From: a bacterium
GTDB lineage: Bacteria; Krumholzibacteriota; Krumholzibacteriia; G020349025
Length of the DNA stretch: 64,000 bases
Direction: 5' to 3'
NCBI GenBank assembly: GCA_031362565.1
Contig: JANLSU010000119.1
Coordinates: 1 to 64,000 of the forward strand
Part shown: positions 1-8,233 of the stretch, piece by piece
How the letters are laid out: the number at the start of each line of letters is the position of its first letter
Numbering within the stretch: the stretch's first letter is position 1
The notes under the pieces: model-generated
Database searches by the model: none
The model's input: the letters and a program-made list of their open reading frames with translations, nothing else
Told to the model about the DNA's origin: nothing
Position numbers and translations under genes: made by a program

Positions 1-447
1 CGGGTTCGTCAAACCGGCGCTCACGTTCAGAAGCGGCGCCCCGCCCGGCTGGCCCTCGTAGAACATGCCGCCGTTGTTCACCAGATTCGAAACGTAGCAA
101 TCCAAGTCGCCATCGTTGTCGGTGTCGGCCCAAGTGCTGCACACCGATTCGGCCGCATCTTGAACCAGAGCCACACCCAGAACGCGCGTGAATGTGCCGC
201 TGTCGTTCCGGTACAACACATTGTTGTTGGCCGCCGCGAATCCTGTCACCACGAACAGGTCCTGATCGCCGTCGCCGTCGAAGTCGGCCCAGGCGGCACC
301 GGTGGAAAAGGACACGTGCGCCGCAATGTCGGGCGCCGCAACCGGCGTGAATGTCTGAGCGGCGGCGGGCAGAGTGGCGTGAGCCAGCAAAAGCGCCGCC
401 CATGCGAAACAACCGGCAATAGACCAACGATGGCAGCGCGTCCGCAT
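1..447 (-). CDS. Secreted FG-GAP/VCBS-repeat (CRTAC1-like) protein, N-terminal part; runs off the window edge
   Basis: Not in the ORF track. ATG at 447 follows SD AGGAGG. Translation MRTRCHRWSIAGCFAWAALLLAHATLPAAAQ is signal-peptide-like, then repeats AWADFDGDGDQDLFV and TWADTDNDGDLDCYV. Confidence 0.85.
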   Translation of the reverse strand, partial: MRTRCHRWSIAGCFAWAALLLAHATLPAAAQTFTPVAAPDIAAHVSFSTGAAWADFDGDGDQDLFVVTGFAAANNNVLYRNDSGTFTRVLGVALVQDAAESVCSTWADTDNDGDLDCYVSNLVNNGGMFYEGQPGGAPLLNVSAGLTNP

Positions 448-528
448 GGCAGGACCTCCTGTGGTGGCCGGCCAGGCGCAGCCGGAAGGCACGAGTTTGG
501 CCGCCCGGTGTGGACACTTCACGCCTAT

Positions 529-561
529 TGGGATGAAGTGCTCGCCCGGTGGGACGAATTG
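529..561 (-). promoter_or_regulatory. Putative LytTR binding site (direct repeat, 21-bp period)
   Basis: TGGGATGAAGTG (529-540) and TGGGACGAATTG (550-561) lie upstream of the FG-GAP gene, next to a divergent LytS/LytTR pair. Confidence 0.6.
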
Positions 562-630
562 TGGCCGGGATGATTCCGCGACGGATGGCAGCCGCCGTAT
601 ACTTTGATGCACTCGCGATCGAGGAGACCC

Positions 631-1785
631 ATGCACGCCGTACAGACGGGTGAACTCGCGCCGCCGCTCGAGCCGGTCCGGGCGCCCAGCGCCATTCGGG
701 CGATGCCGTTTGGACTCCGGGGCGCCGGGATGGTCCTGGCGGTGACTGCGGCATGGGCGGCGGTTGGCCTTTTCTTCGCGGCCCAATCGTGGGTCAACGA
801 CCATTTTACGGGGCGGCCATTCGATGTCGGCAACGAGCTGGTGACTCCGCTTGTCGACATGTTGCTGTGGGCGGCGCTGACGCCGGCAGTACTGTTCTTG
901 TGCCGGCGCGCACCCTTCGAGCGCGGACGGCGCGCCCGCGCCCTGCTCGTGCACGTGCCGGCGCTTGCCGCCTTGTGTGCGGTGCAGGCGGTCGCCGCGG
1001 GGGCAGTATTTTGGAAACTCGGTTTTTTCGCCGGCAAGAACTACCCGCTCGGACCGCTTTTAGGCGCGCTCATTCTGTGTAAGGCGGCGCAGAACACCGT
1101 GGCCTATGCCGCGCTTGCGGTGCTGGTGCATGCGCTCGATTTCCACGGCCGGATGCGCGTCCGCGAGGTGGAGGCGTCGCATTTGGCGACCCGGCTCGCG
1201 GCCGCGCGCTTGCACTTGCTGCGCATGCAGTTGCAGCCGCATTTCTTGTTCAACACCATGCATGCGATTTCGGCGCTCATCCCGCGCGACCCGGCGGCGG
1301 CGGACCGGATGCTGGTGCGCTTGTCGGCGCTCCTGCGCCTGACCATGGAGCAAGAGCGCTTGCAATCCGTGTCGTTGGCCAAGGAAATCGAATTCCTGCA
1401 TGCGTACCTGGATATTCAGCAGGTGCGGTTCGGCGACCGGCTGCAAGTGTATTGGGAAGTCGAACCCGCAACGCACGAACAGCCCATTCCGCCGCTACTC
1501 CTGCAACCCTTGGTCGAGAACGCCATTCAGCACGGCATCGGCGAGCGGCCGGCGGGCGGCACGATTTGGATCCGGGCCCGCGTCCGTGCTTCAAACCTCG
1601 ATCTGGAGGTGGCCGATGACGGCGTCGGTCCCGGTGTCGAACCGGTCGTCGAAGGCCGCGGCCTGGGCAACACCCGGGCGCGCCTGTTGGAATTCGCGCG
1701 CGGCGCGGCCGACCTGCGAATCGCCGAGCGGCCCGGTGGCGGTACCGTTGTGACTCTCCGCATTCCCGTTCGGAGTGCGTCATGA
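631..1785 (+). CDS. LytS/YehU-family sensor histidine kinase
   Basis: N-terminal TM helices, QLQPHFLFNTM H-box, LQPLVENAIQHG N-box, DDGVG and GRGLGNTRARL G-boxes. ATG at 631 follows GGAG. Confidence 0.93.
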   Translation: MHAVQTGELAPPLEPVRAPSAIRAMPFGLRGAGMVLAVTAAWAAVGLFFAAQSWVNDHFTGRPFDVGNELVTPLVDMLLWAALTPAVLFLCRRAPFERGRRARALLVHVPALAALCAVQAVAAGAVFWKLGFFAGKNYPLGPLLGALILCKAAQNTVAYAALAVLVHALDFHGRMRVREVEASHLATRLAAARLHLLRMQLQPHFLFNTMHAISALIPRDPAAADRMLVRLSALLRLTMEQERLQSVSLAKEIEFLHAYLDIQQVRFGDRLQVYWEVEPATHEQPIPPLLLQPLVENAIQHGIGERPAGGTIWIRARVRASNLDLEVADDGVGPGVEPVVEGRGLGNTRARLLEFARGAADLRIAERPGGGTVVTLRIPVRSAS

Positions 1786-2558
1786 CCGGAGCCAAACCGC
1801 TCACCGCGCTGGTCGTCGATGATGAGGCTTTGGCGCGCGACAAGCTGCGCACCTTGCTCGAAGCCTGTGACGATGTGGAAGTCGTGGGCGAGTGCGCCGA
1901 TGGGCCGGCGGTGCTCGAGCGCTTGCGCCAAGAACGGCCGGATCTGCTGTTCCTCGATGTGCAGATGCCCGGCATGGACGGCTTCCAGGTCTTGGATGCG
2001 CTCGAGCCGTCACGCATCCCCCAAGTTATTTTCGTGACCGCCCACGACCAGTACGCGCTGCAGGCGTTCGAAGTGCATGCGCTTGACTACCTGCTCAAGC
2101 CTTTCGATGACGCACGCCTGCGGCGCGCCTTGGATCATGCCCGCGAACGTCTGGCGCGCGAGCCGCGCGAACTGGAGGGCGGCGTGCGCGAGCTCTTGGA
2201 CCACTGGCGCCAGCAGCGACGCTATGAAAGCCGCATCGTCGTCAAGGATCGCGGCCGCGCCGAGTTCGTGCGCACCGAAGACATCGATTGGATCGAGGCG
2301 GCGGGTAACTACCTGGAAATTCACGCCGCCGGGCGGACGCATTTGGTCCGCGAGACGCTGAAAGATCTCGAGGCACGGCTCGATCCCGAGTGCTTCGTGC
2401 GGATCCACCGGTCACGGCTAGTCAACCGCGAGCGCATCCTGCGGGTGGAGAACGATGGGTTCGGTGAGTTCGTGCTGACGCTGGACGATGGCGCCACCCT
2501 GCGCTCCGGCCGCGGCTACGGCGACCGCATCCGCCGCTGGCTGCAGCGGCCGGGGTGA
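1782..2558 (+). CDS. LytR/AlgR-family response regulator (REC + LytTR)
   Basis: VVDDE, FLDVQMP, FVTAHDQYALQAF, DYLLKP; C-terminal IDWIEAAGNY and FVRIHRS. ATGA overlap with the kinase gene. Confidence 0.95.
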   Translation: MTGAKPLTALVVDDEALARDKLRTLLEACDDVEVVGECADGPAVLERLRQERPDLLFLDVQMPGMDGFQVLDALEPSRIPQVIFVTAHDQYALQAFEVHALDYLLKPFDDARLRRALDHARERLAREPRELEGGVRELLDHWRQQRRYESRIVVKDRGRAEFVRTEDIDWIEAAGNYLEIHAAGRTHLVRETLKDLEARLDPECFVRIHRSRLVNRERILRVENDGFGEFVLTLDDGATLRSGRGYGDRIRRWLQRPG

Positions 2559-2586
2559 GGCGGCGGGTTTGCGCCCCTGAAAGCAG

Positions 2587-2619
2587 ACGGCGGTCCGCGG
2601 GGACGCCGCGAACCGCCGT
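2587..2619. terminator. GC-rich hairpin between convergent genes
   Basis: ACGGCGGTCCGCGG pairs with CCGCGAACCGCCGT (one mismatch). Confidence 0.55.
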
Positions 2620-2677
2620 TGGATCGATGCATCAGGCAGAGATCAACACGGCGCTCCCAGCGGCGCGCCGGCCATGA

Positions 2678-3262
2678 TTACGGCGTGAGTTCCGGCAGGA
2701 TGAGCTGGCGGTCATGCCGTGACACGATACCGTCGTGGTTGAGGTCGCCGCGCGCCCGCATCCAGGCGAAAAAGGCCAGGTCGCTCGAATCCACATAACC
2801 GTCCGTGTTGAGGTCGGCGCGGCTCTTGGCAGCCGCGTAGGCGGCGAAGTCCGAGGAGTCGATGGTGCCGAATGGCGCCGCGAGATCCGGAACCGTACCG
2901 CCGAGGATTGCCTTGTAGACGCTAGCATCTTTGTTGTCGATGACTTGGTCCTGCGTGACGTCGGCGCGCATCAAGAAGGCGAAGGCTGCCAGATCCGATG
3001 AATCGACTTGTCCGTCACCCGTGAGATCGCCGGGGATCGGCTGAGTCGTCGGCAGCGCGCTCTTTTCGGGACCGCCAATTTCGACGGGCGGGCGCGGCAT
3101 CGGAGCCGGAATCGGCAAACGAGGCATCGACGTCGAGACGCTCGAGCTCTGGCGTTCCGGTCCGACGACCGAGTTGGTGCAGCCGGCGGCGAACGACAAC
3201 AAAACGGCCAGGCTTGCGAGCGTCACGAACGACAGCGTGCGGTGAGTTTGAGTGCGGAACAT
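2678..3262 (-). CDS. Dockerin-like / EF-hand repeat lipoprotein (paralog 1)
   Basis: ATG at 3262 with SD GGAGG; lipobox FAAGC; five Ca-binding-like loops (GDLTGDGQVDSSD, ADVTQDQVIDNKD, DLAAPFGTIDSSD, ADLNTDGYVDSSD, GDLNHDGIVSRHD). Confidence 0.85.
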   Translation of the reverse strand: MFRTQTHRTLSFVTLASLAVLLSFAAGCTNSVVGPERQSSSVSTSMPRLPIPAPMPRPPVEIGGPEKSALPTTQPIPGDLTGDGQVDSSDLAAFAFLMRADVTQDQVIDNKDASVYKAILGGTVPDLAAPFGTIDSSDFAAYAAAKSRADLNTDGYVDSSDLAFFAWMRARGDLNHDGIVSRHDRQLILPELTP

Positions 3263-3378
3263 TTTCGTTTCCTCCTGAAAGGCGGGCGAATCACCCGCTT
3301 TCTTTGGAGCAGGGGTTCGAGCGAGTCGGCCGGTGACTCCGGTGTTTCTCTCTCGAGCCGTTCTGCTCGGCTCACAGG

Positions 3379-3409
3379 AGGACTCGGACACAGCGCGGGA
3401 ACTTGGACA
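3379..3409 (-). promoter_or_regulatory. Putative ECF sigma promoter TGTCCA-N13-TGTCCGAGTCCT (copy 1)
   Basis: Exact motif 117 nt upstream of the paralog 1 ATG; four copies in the window with identical spacing. Confidence 0.7.
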
Positions 3410-3467
3410 CGCCGGCGCCAATTCTTTTTTTGCGATCCGTGGCGGCAACAGGGGGACCGAAAGCGGT

Positions 3468-3526
3468 TCGCCCCGAGGATTCCATCGCCGTGGGAGGAAA
3501 CGGCGGTCTGGAATCACTCGGGGCGA
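3468..3526. other. Long imperfect intergenic hairpin
   Basis: Stems TCGCCCCGAG/CTCGGGGCGA, GATTCCA/TGGAATC and CGCCGT/ACGGCG around a GGGAGGAA loop. Confidence 0.6.
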
Positions 3527-3571
3527 GAGGCGGACGACGATGATGGCGCGGTGTGTGATGAAACGCCGGCC

Positions 3572-3922
3572 TCAGCACTCTTCCCCACGGCATTCGGCGC
3601 AGAGATTGAAGCCGACGTGCTGCGTGGTCGGGCGCGAACGCCGCTGGCACCGGTCACAGCGTTTCGCGGTCGCGGCCTCGGTCTCGGTCACCGGCACGGC
3701 GGACTCCGTCACGGCCGCGGTGTTTTCTTCGCTGCTGCCCGAGAACATCCGCAGCAATTCGACGGCGACGCACCCGAAGCACAGTAGCGCGGTCACCGAT
3801 TCATCTTCCTGCTTGGCGTGCACGGGCCAGAGCAACCGGCTCGACATCGTTTCGCCGCATTCGACGCATTCGGCCTGGCACGCGAGATCGCGATTGGCGC
3901 GGTGTGAAAACCATTCGTACAT
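3572..3922 (-). CDS. Small Cys-rich protein with four CxxC pairs (putative double zinc ribbon)
   Basis: ATG at 3922 with SD GGAGG; CVEC, CFGC, CDRC, CAEC; preceded by the shared promoter motif. Confidence 0.7.
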   Translation of the reverse strand: MYEWFSHRANRDLACQAECVECGETMSSRLLWPVHAKQEDESVTALLCFGCVAVELLRMFSGSSEENTAAVTESAVPVTETEAATAKRCDRCQRRSRPTTQHVGFNLCAECRGEEC

Positions 3923-3996
3923 GTCCGTTCCTCCGTTTTGAATTCCTGTGGGGGTTCGCCTTCGGGTCCACTCGGACTGGGCTCGCCTCCTGTCAA

Positions 3997-4027
3997 AGGA
4001 CTCGGACACGCCCTCCAGACCTGGACA
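3997..4027 (-). promoter_or_regulatory. Putative ECF sigma promoter (copy 2)
   Basis: TGTCCA-ggtctggagggcg-TGTCCGAGTCCT, 75 nt upstream of the Zn-ribbon gene. Confidence 0.7.
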
Positions 4028-4056
4028 CGGATTCGAGCCGGGACCGCAAAAACGCC

Positions 4057-4086
4057 CGTGGCCCGCGGGGGAGGCCGCGGGCCACG
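4057..4086 (-). terminator. Hairpin downstream of paralog 2
   Basis: Perfect 12-bp stem CGTGGCCCGCGG/CCGCGGGCCACG, with a T-run shortly after on the minus strand. Confidence 0.6.
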
Positions 4087-4118
4087 AGCGAAGGCGTCTG
4101 GAAAAGCCCAAGGCGCCG

Positions 4119-4661
4119 TTACGGGGTGACCTCCGGGAAGATGAGCTGGCGGTCGTGCCGGGAGACGATGCCGTCGTGGTCGAGATCGCCACGCGCCCGC
4201 AACCAGGCGAAAAAGGCCAGGTCGCTCGAATCCACGTGGCCGTCCATCGTGAGGTCGGCGCGGCCCTTTGCCGCGGCGTAGGCGGCGAAGTCCGAGGCGT
4301 CGATGCTGCCCAGGGGCGCCGCGAGATCCGGAACCTGGCCGCCGCCGATCACCTGCGCGTCCGTGTTGTCGACGACGCCGTCGAGCGTGACGTCGGCGCG
4401 CATGATGAAGGCAAAGGCAGCGAGGTCCGACGCGTCGACCTGTCCGTCGCCCGTCAGGTCGCCGGGCACCGACGCGGTTTCGACCCCGCCCGCCTTCTGG
4501 TAGCCGTCGAACACTTCGGGAACCGACGGTTCGAGAGTGGTGCTCGTGCCGTGCTCCGGTCCGACGGCGGTGCTGTTACAGCCGGCGGCGAATGACAGTG
4601 TCAGGGCCAGGGTCGCGAGGGTCACGAACGCGGACGTGGGTTGGCTTGAATTGCGGAACAT
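4119..4661 (-). CDS. Dockerin-like / EF-hand repeat lipoprotein (paralog 2)
   Basis: ATG at 4661 with SD GGAGG; lipobox FAAGC; same five loops and C-terminal EVTP. Confidence 0.85.
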   Translation of the reverse strand: MFRNSSQPTSAFVTLATLALTLSFAAGCNSTAVGPEHGTSTTLEPSVPEVFDGYQKAGGVETASVPGDLTGDGQVDASDLAAFAFIMRADVTLDGVVDNTDAQVIGGGQVPDLAAPLGSIDASDFAAYAAAKGRADLTMDGHVDSSDLAFFAWLRARGDLDHDGIVSRHDRQLIFPEVTP

Positions 4662-4781
4662 TTCGGTTTCCTCCGGTGAGTCGGGCGTATCGCCTGAACT
4701 CCTGGGAGCAGGGGCTCGTGAGGATCTGGGATGGACCATCCAACCCTTCTTCTCGCGCGCCGTTCCTGCTCGGCTCACAGG

Positions 4782-4812
4782 AGGACTCGGACAGCGGGCG
4801 AAGACCTGGACA
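4782..4812 (-). promoter_or_regulatory. Putative ECF sigma promoter (copy 3)
   Basis: TGTCCA-ggtcttcgcccgc-TGTCCGAGTCCT, 121 nt upstream of paralog 2. Confidence 0.7.
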
Positions 4813-4941
4813 CGGAATAGGCCGCAGCCCCCGGAGGTACTTCACGCGGGCCCCCTTTTGGGGCCGCGGTGACTAGAGGTTGGAGCGCGCCGGGTGGTAC
4901 GCTCCACCGACACCCGTTTGGCACGCAGGAGGACTACGGTC

Positions 4942-5817
4942 ATGCTGGAGCAGGCACGTGTGAATCCAACCGCTGCAGCCGCGATGGACGGCGCCGTGCG
5001 GTCACAGATTCAAGACGTGTGCTCCCCATGCGGTGAGTTCGTAGCGGACGCTCTCGAATGCCGGCTTCTGCGGCGCGGCGGCGAATGGTTCCGGCAAGTC
5101 TTCGACGAAAAGCGCTGTCAGCCGTACCTTTTCCTCGAACGCTTCCTGCGCAAACGCGTCATCGCGCGCCTCGGAATCGAGGCGGCCGAGCATGTCCCCG
5201 ACATCGTTTCGGAAGTAGTGTTGGGACTCCTGCAAACGCCACCACGCGGCCTGCCGGCGAATCATGTCGTCGCCATGCGGCGCTTGCTCGCGGGACGCGC
5301 GCAACGGGCGCTCGTCGATTATTGGCGCGGGGTGAAAGGGCGCACTCGGTGTGGCAATTGCGGCTATCACCACGCCATGTCGGACGGAGTCCGTCGATGT
5401 GAGTATCCCGATGCGCGGCATCCGTGGTCCGGACGCGAAGTGCCGGCCGCGGTGGATCCACGCACCTTCGACCCGGCGTGCGAACGTTACTCGAGCCGGC
5501 GTGACAAGATCGCCGAGGCCACCGATGGGCGGGATCCGCTGGCCGCGGTCGCGAGCACGGATTCCACGCCCGATCAAGAAGCCGCCGCGGGCGAGCGTAC
5601 GACGATCCTGCTCGACTGCCTCGCGGCCGTGCAGCGCCAGGACCCGCGCGCCGGGCTCGTTCTGATGTTGTCGTACTTCAAGCACAAGACCAACGACGAG
5701 ATCGCCGGCGTGATCAAGAGCACGGTGCGAACGGTGACCCGCGCCAAGGAAAACGGGCTGACGATTCTGCGCCAGGAGTTCGAGTCCCGCGGGATCCAAT
5801 TCCAGGACCTCGCGTAG
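4942..5817 (+). CDS. Atypical ECF-like sigma-70 factor with a Cys-rich insertion
   Basis: Sigma2-like VPDIVSEVVLGL...AQRALVDYWR; sigma4-like LSYFKHKTNDEIAGVIKSTVRTV; CGNC...C...C lies between them. SD AGGAGG before ATG 4942. Confidence 0.7.
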   Translation: MLEQARVNPTAAAAMDGAVRSQIQDVCSPCGEFVADALECRLLRRGGEWFRQVFDEKRCQPYLFLERFLRKRVIARLGIEAAEHVPDIVSEVVLGLLQTPPRGLPANHVVAMRRLLAGRAQRALVDYWRGVKGRTRCGNCGYHHAMSDGVRRCEYPDARHPWSGREVPAAVDPRTFDPACERYSSRRDKIAEATDGRDPLAAVASTDSTPDQEAAAGERTTILLDCLAAVQRQDPRAGLVLMLSYFKHKTNDEIAGVIKSTVRTVTRAKENGLTILRQEFESRGIQFQDLA

Positions 5818-5838
5818 GCTGAATCGAGGTGTTGCGTC

Positions 5839-6612
5839 ATGGGCGATACAGAACGTTTTGAAAAATGGCTGCGTGACGCGGCCGGCAGCCCGTCCATGCA
5901 AGAGCGGCTGGCGCGCGCCGAGGCGCAGCCCGATTTGCCCGAGGAAGTGCTGGCGGACTACTACGCTGGCGAGTTGTCGCCCGCGGAGCAGCAGTTCGTC
6001 GAGCGGCGTATCGCGGTGTCGGAAAAGATGGGCCTGTTCCTTGCCGAGTTGGACGCGGACGTCACGGAAGCAACGCCTCCGGCACCGCCACGCCCGGTTT
6101 TTGCGACGTTCCTCGCCCGCGCGATGCATTTCGTCGAGAAGTTGTTGCCGTCACCGAACGCCCAGCGGCTCGCCGTTGGCATCGCCGGAATCGTCCTCGT
6201 GGTCGGGATCTCGAGCCGTGTCCTCGATCGCCCACCGGGTGGCCTGGGGCCCGAGTACGGTGTGGCGACGCCACGCGGTGCCGAGGACCTGCAAGAGCTG
6301 GCGCTCCCGGGCGGCGCGGTCGGACTCGTGGATCCGGACTGGCCGCTACACCAGCCGATCGGATCCGTTTCCAGCGTGCGCTGGTTCGCATGGGACCCGG
6401 CGCGCGGCGCGGTGACCTACCGGTTCGAACTCCGCGACCCCAACGGCGGCATCGTGTACACGAAAGACGGACTGCCAAAGAGCGTCCTGCGTCTCCCATG
6501 GACCGTGCGCCGCTCACTCGCTCACGAAGTCCTGTACGCCTGGATCGTGACGGCGGTCGACGCCGGCGGTACCCCTCGGCTCAGAGCCGTCGGCAAGTTC
6601 AGGATCGAGTGA
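5839..6612 (+). CDS. Putative membrane-anchored anti-sigma factor
   Basis: Degenerate zf-HC2-like segment EEVLADYYAGELSPAEQQFVERRI, one TM helix, extracytoplasmic beta-rich domain; directly follows the sigma gene. Confidence 0.65.
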   Translation: MGDTERFEKWLRDAAGSPSMQERLARAEAQPDLPEEVLADYYAGELSPAEQQFVERRIAVSEKMGLFLAELDADVTEATPPAPPRPVFATFLARAMHFVEKLLPSPNAQRLAVGIAGIVLVVGISSRVLDRPPGGLGPEYGVATPRGAEDLQELALPGGAVGLVDPDWPLHQPIGSVSSVRWFAWDPARGAVTYRFELRDPNGGIVYTKDGLPKSVLRLPWTVRRSLAHEVLYAWIVTAVDAGGTPRLRAVGKFRIE

Positions 6613-6620
6613 GGTCCGCG

Positions 6621-8024
6621 TCACTTCGATTGTCGCGCTCCAGCGAGCGCCAGCAAGATCTTCCCATAGCGCGCCCGCTCGGCCGCCGGCAGCAATGTGG
6701 GATCGAGTAAAGCCGCTGGCTTTTCAGCGCGCACCCAGGTACCGATCTTCAACTCGAACGCGAGGCGCAAGGCCGGATCCTTGGAGCCTGCGATCACGAC
6801 CAGATCGACGCGACCGTCATCGTCACGGTCGTAGAATGTCCGGTGCTCTGGTTCGGGCTGTAGCGCGAACTCGAAATCCCACTTGGCCGGATCCAGATTG
6901 AACTGCCCGGCGGCGACAGATGCCGAGTCGGGGCAGCTGTTCTCGTCCAGATCGCAGAGCACGCCGGTGACAAGGCCGTTTCCAAGCCCGAAAACCAACG
7001 TTTCCATCTTGCCGTTGCGGTCGCAATCGTGCAGTTCCCAGGCCGACGCTTCGGGCCAGGCATCCGGAATCTGCAGATCGGGATTCTTGGGCCGGTCGAC
7101 GAGAAACGACTTCAACTCACTGAGATCGATGTGATAGGAGAAGTGATCCAAGCCCGACGGCGGGATCGCGAACGTCACCGCAATCACTTCACCTCGCGCG
7201 TTCACGAGCGGGCCGCCGCTATCGCCCGGGTTGATTCCGCACGACGACAACACGACGCGGCGCTTCGGAATTTGCGCCATGAGGTGCGCGAGGCTCTGCG
7301 CGTCTTGCTGCGACGTCGAGCGCAGTGTCCACATGCGCACGTCGATGTGTTCGCTCGGCCAGTCCCCGACTCCGTCCACATCGCACTGGCGCATGGTCCA
7401 CAGGAGGCCCGCCGCCGGATGTCCAATCGCGATGCATTCGCTTCCCGGCACCGCCGCCGCCGGTGACAGTTTGAGCGCGGGGAGGGTCGCGAGGTCGGAG
7501 GGTTTGCGAACCAGCTTGAGGAGCGCGAGGTCGCGCTCCCGACTTGCCCGATAGACGATTGCCGGAACGGCATCGGGGAGCACATGCATGAGATGATCGT
7601 TCATCCGCCCCATGTTGATGTCGACGATGGGTGCGCCGGTTTGCATATCGGTCGCGGCGGCAGCGATGACGTGATGATTGGTGATGATCCAGCCGTCCGC
7701 GTCGATCAGGAATCCCGATCCATGACCCATCGGGGTGCGGACCACGACGACAGCCGGGGCCACCGTCGGGTAGAGATCGAGGCCGGCGCCGCGGCTCGCC
7801 TGGCGCGGTGCCGCTCCGGGTGCCCACGTCTCCGTCTCGGCGGCGCGCAGCAAGGCGCGCTCGAGCTGCGCCGGCGGTGCGCCGAGATTGGCGCTGGCAC
7901 CCAGTGGTGCGATGGAAGTGGGAAAGTCGACGGCAACCGCCGATGCGGTCCAGACGGGATTCGCGACAAGCCCCACGACAGGCGCCCATCGCAAACCCGC
8001 GGCGAGGCGGAAAACTTGGAACAT
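6621..8024 (-). CDS. Secreted trypsin-like (S1) serine protease
   Basis: GSGFLI, TNHHV, DLALLK and GDSGGP triad motifs; signal-peptide-like start at 8024 after GAAGGA; C-terminal DxDxxG loops. Confidence 0.9.
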   Translation of the reverse strand: MFQVFRLAAGLRWAPVVGLVANPVWTASAVAVDFPTSIAPLGASANLGAPPAQLERALLRAAETETWAPGAAPRQASRGAGLDLYPTVAPAVVVVRTPMGHGSGFLIDADGWIITNHHVIAAAATDMQTGAPIVDINMGRMNDHLMHVLPDAVPAIVYRASRERDLALLKLVRKPSDLATLPALKLSPAAAVPGSECIAIGHPAAGLLWTMRQCDVDGVGDWPSEHIDVRMWTLRSTSQQDAQSLAHLMAQIPKRRVVLSSCGINPGDSGGPLVNARGEVIAVTFAIPPSGLDHFSYHIDLSELKSFLVDRPKNPDLQIPDAWPEASAWELHDCDRNGKMETLVFGLGNGLVTGVLCDLDENSCPDSASVAAGQFNLDPAKWDFEFALQPEPEHRTFYDRDDDGRVDLVVIAGSKDPALRLAFELKIGTWVRAEKPAALLDPTLLPAAERARYGKILLALAGARQSK

Positions 8025-8233
8025 ACCAGTCCTTCCGAAGGAGGCCGTTCCCAGGCACGTGTCGATCAGGTCACGCATGAAGTGCCCACTTCCATAATGC
8101 CGCCGCGCCGCCGTTTCGCACGCGCGGGGTGCAGCCAGGCCAGGGTTCGGATTGCGCGAAGCGCCGAGTATAGAGCCCCGTGCCGGGCTCGCAAAGAGGC
8201 TTGCGACCCCCCGGAACGTGGCATAATCCCGCC

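Noticed and set aside
3540..3570. TGATGAAAC as a hammerhead ribozyme core
   Set aside because: It lacks CUGAUGA plus stem II before GAAA, and the three-stem junction is absent.
3355..4812. Repeated GGACTCGGACA segments as a CRISPR array or MITE
   Set aside because: Copies are separated by whole genes, with no regular spacers, cas genes or terminal inverted repeats.
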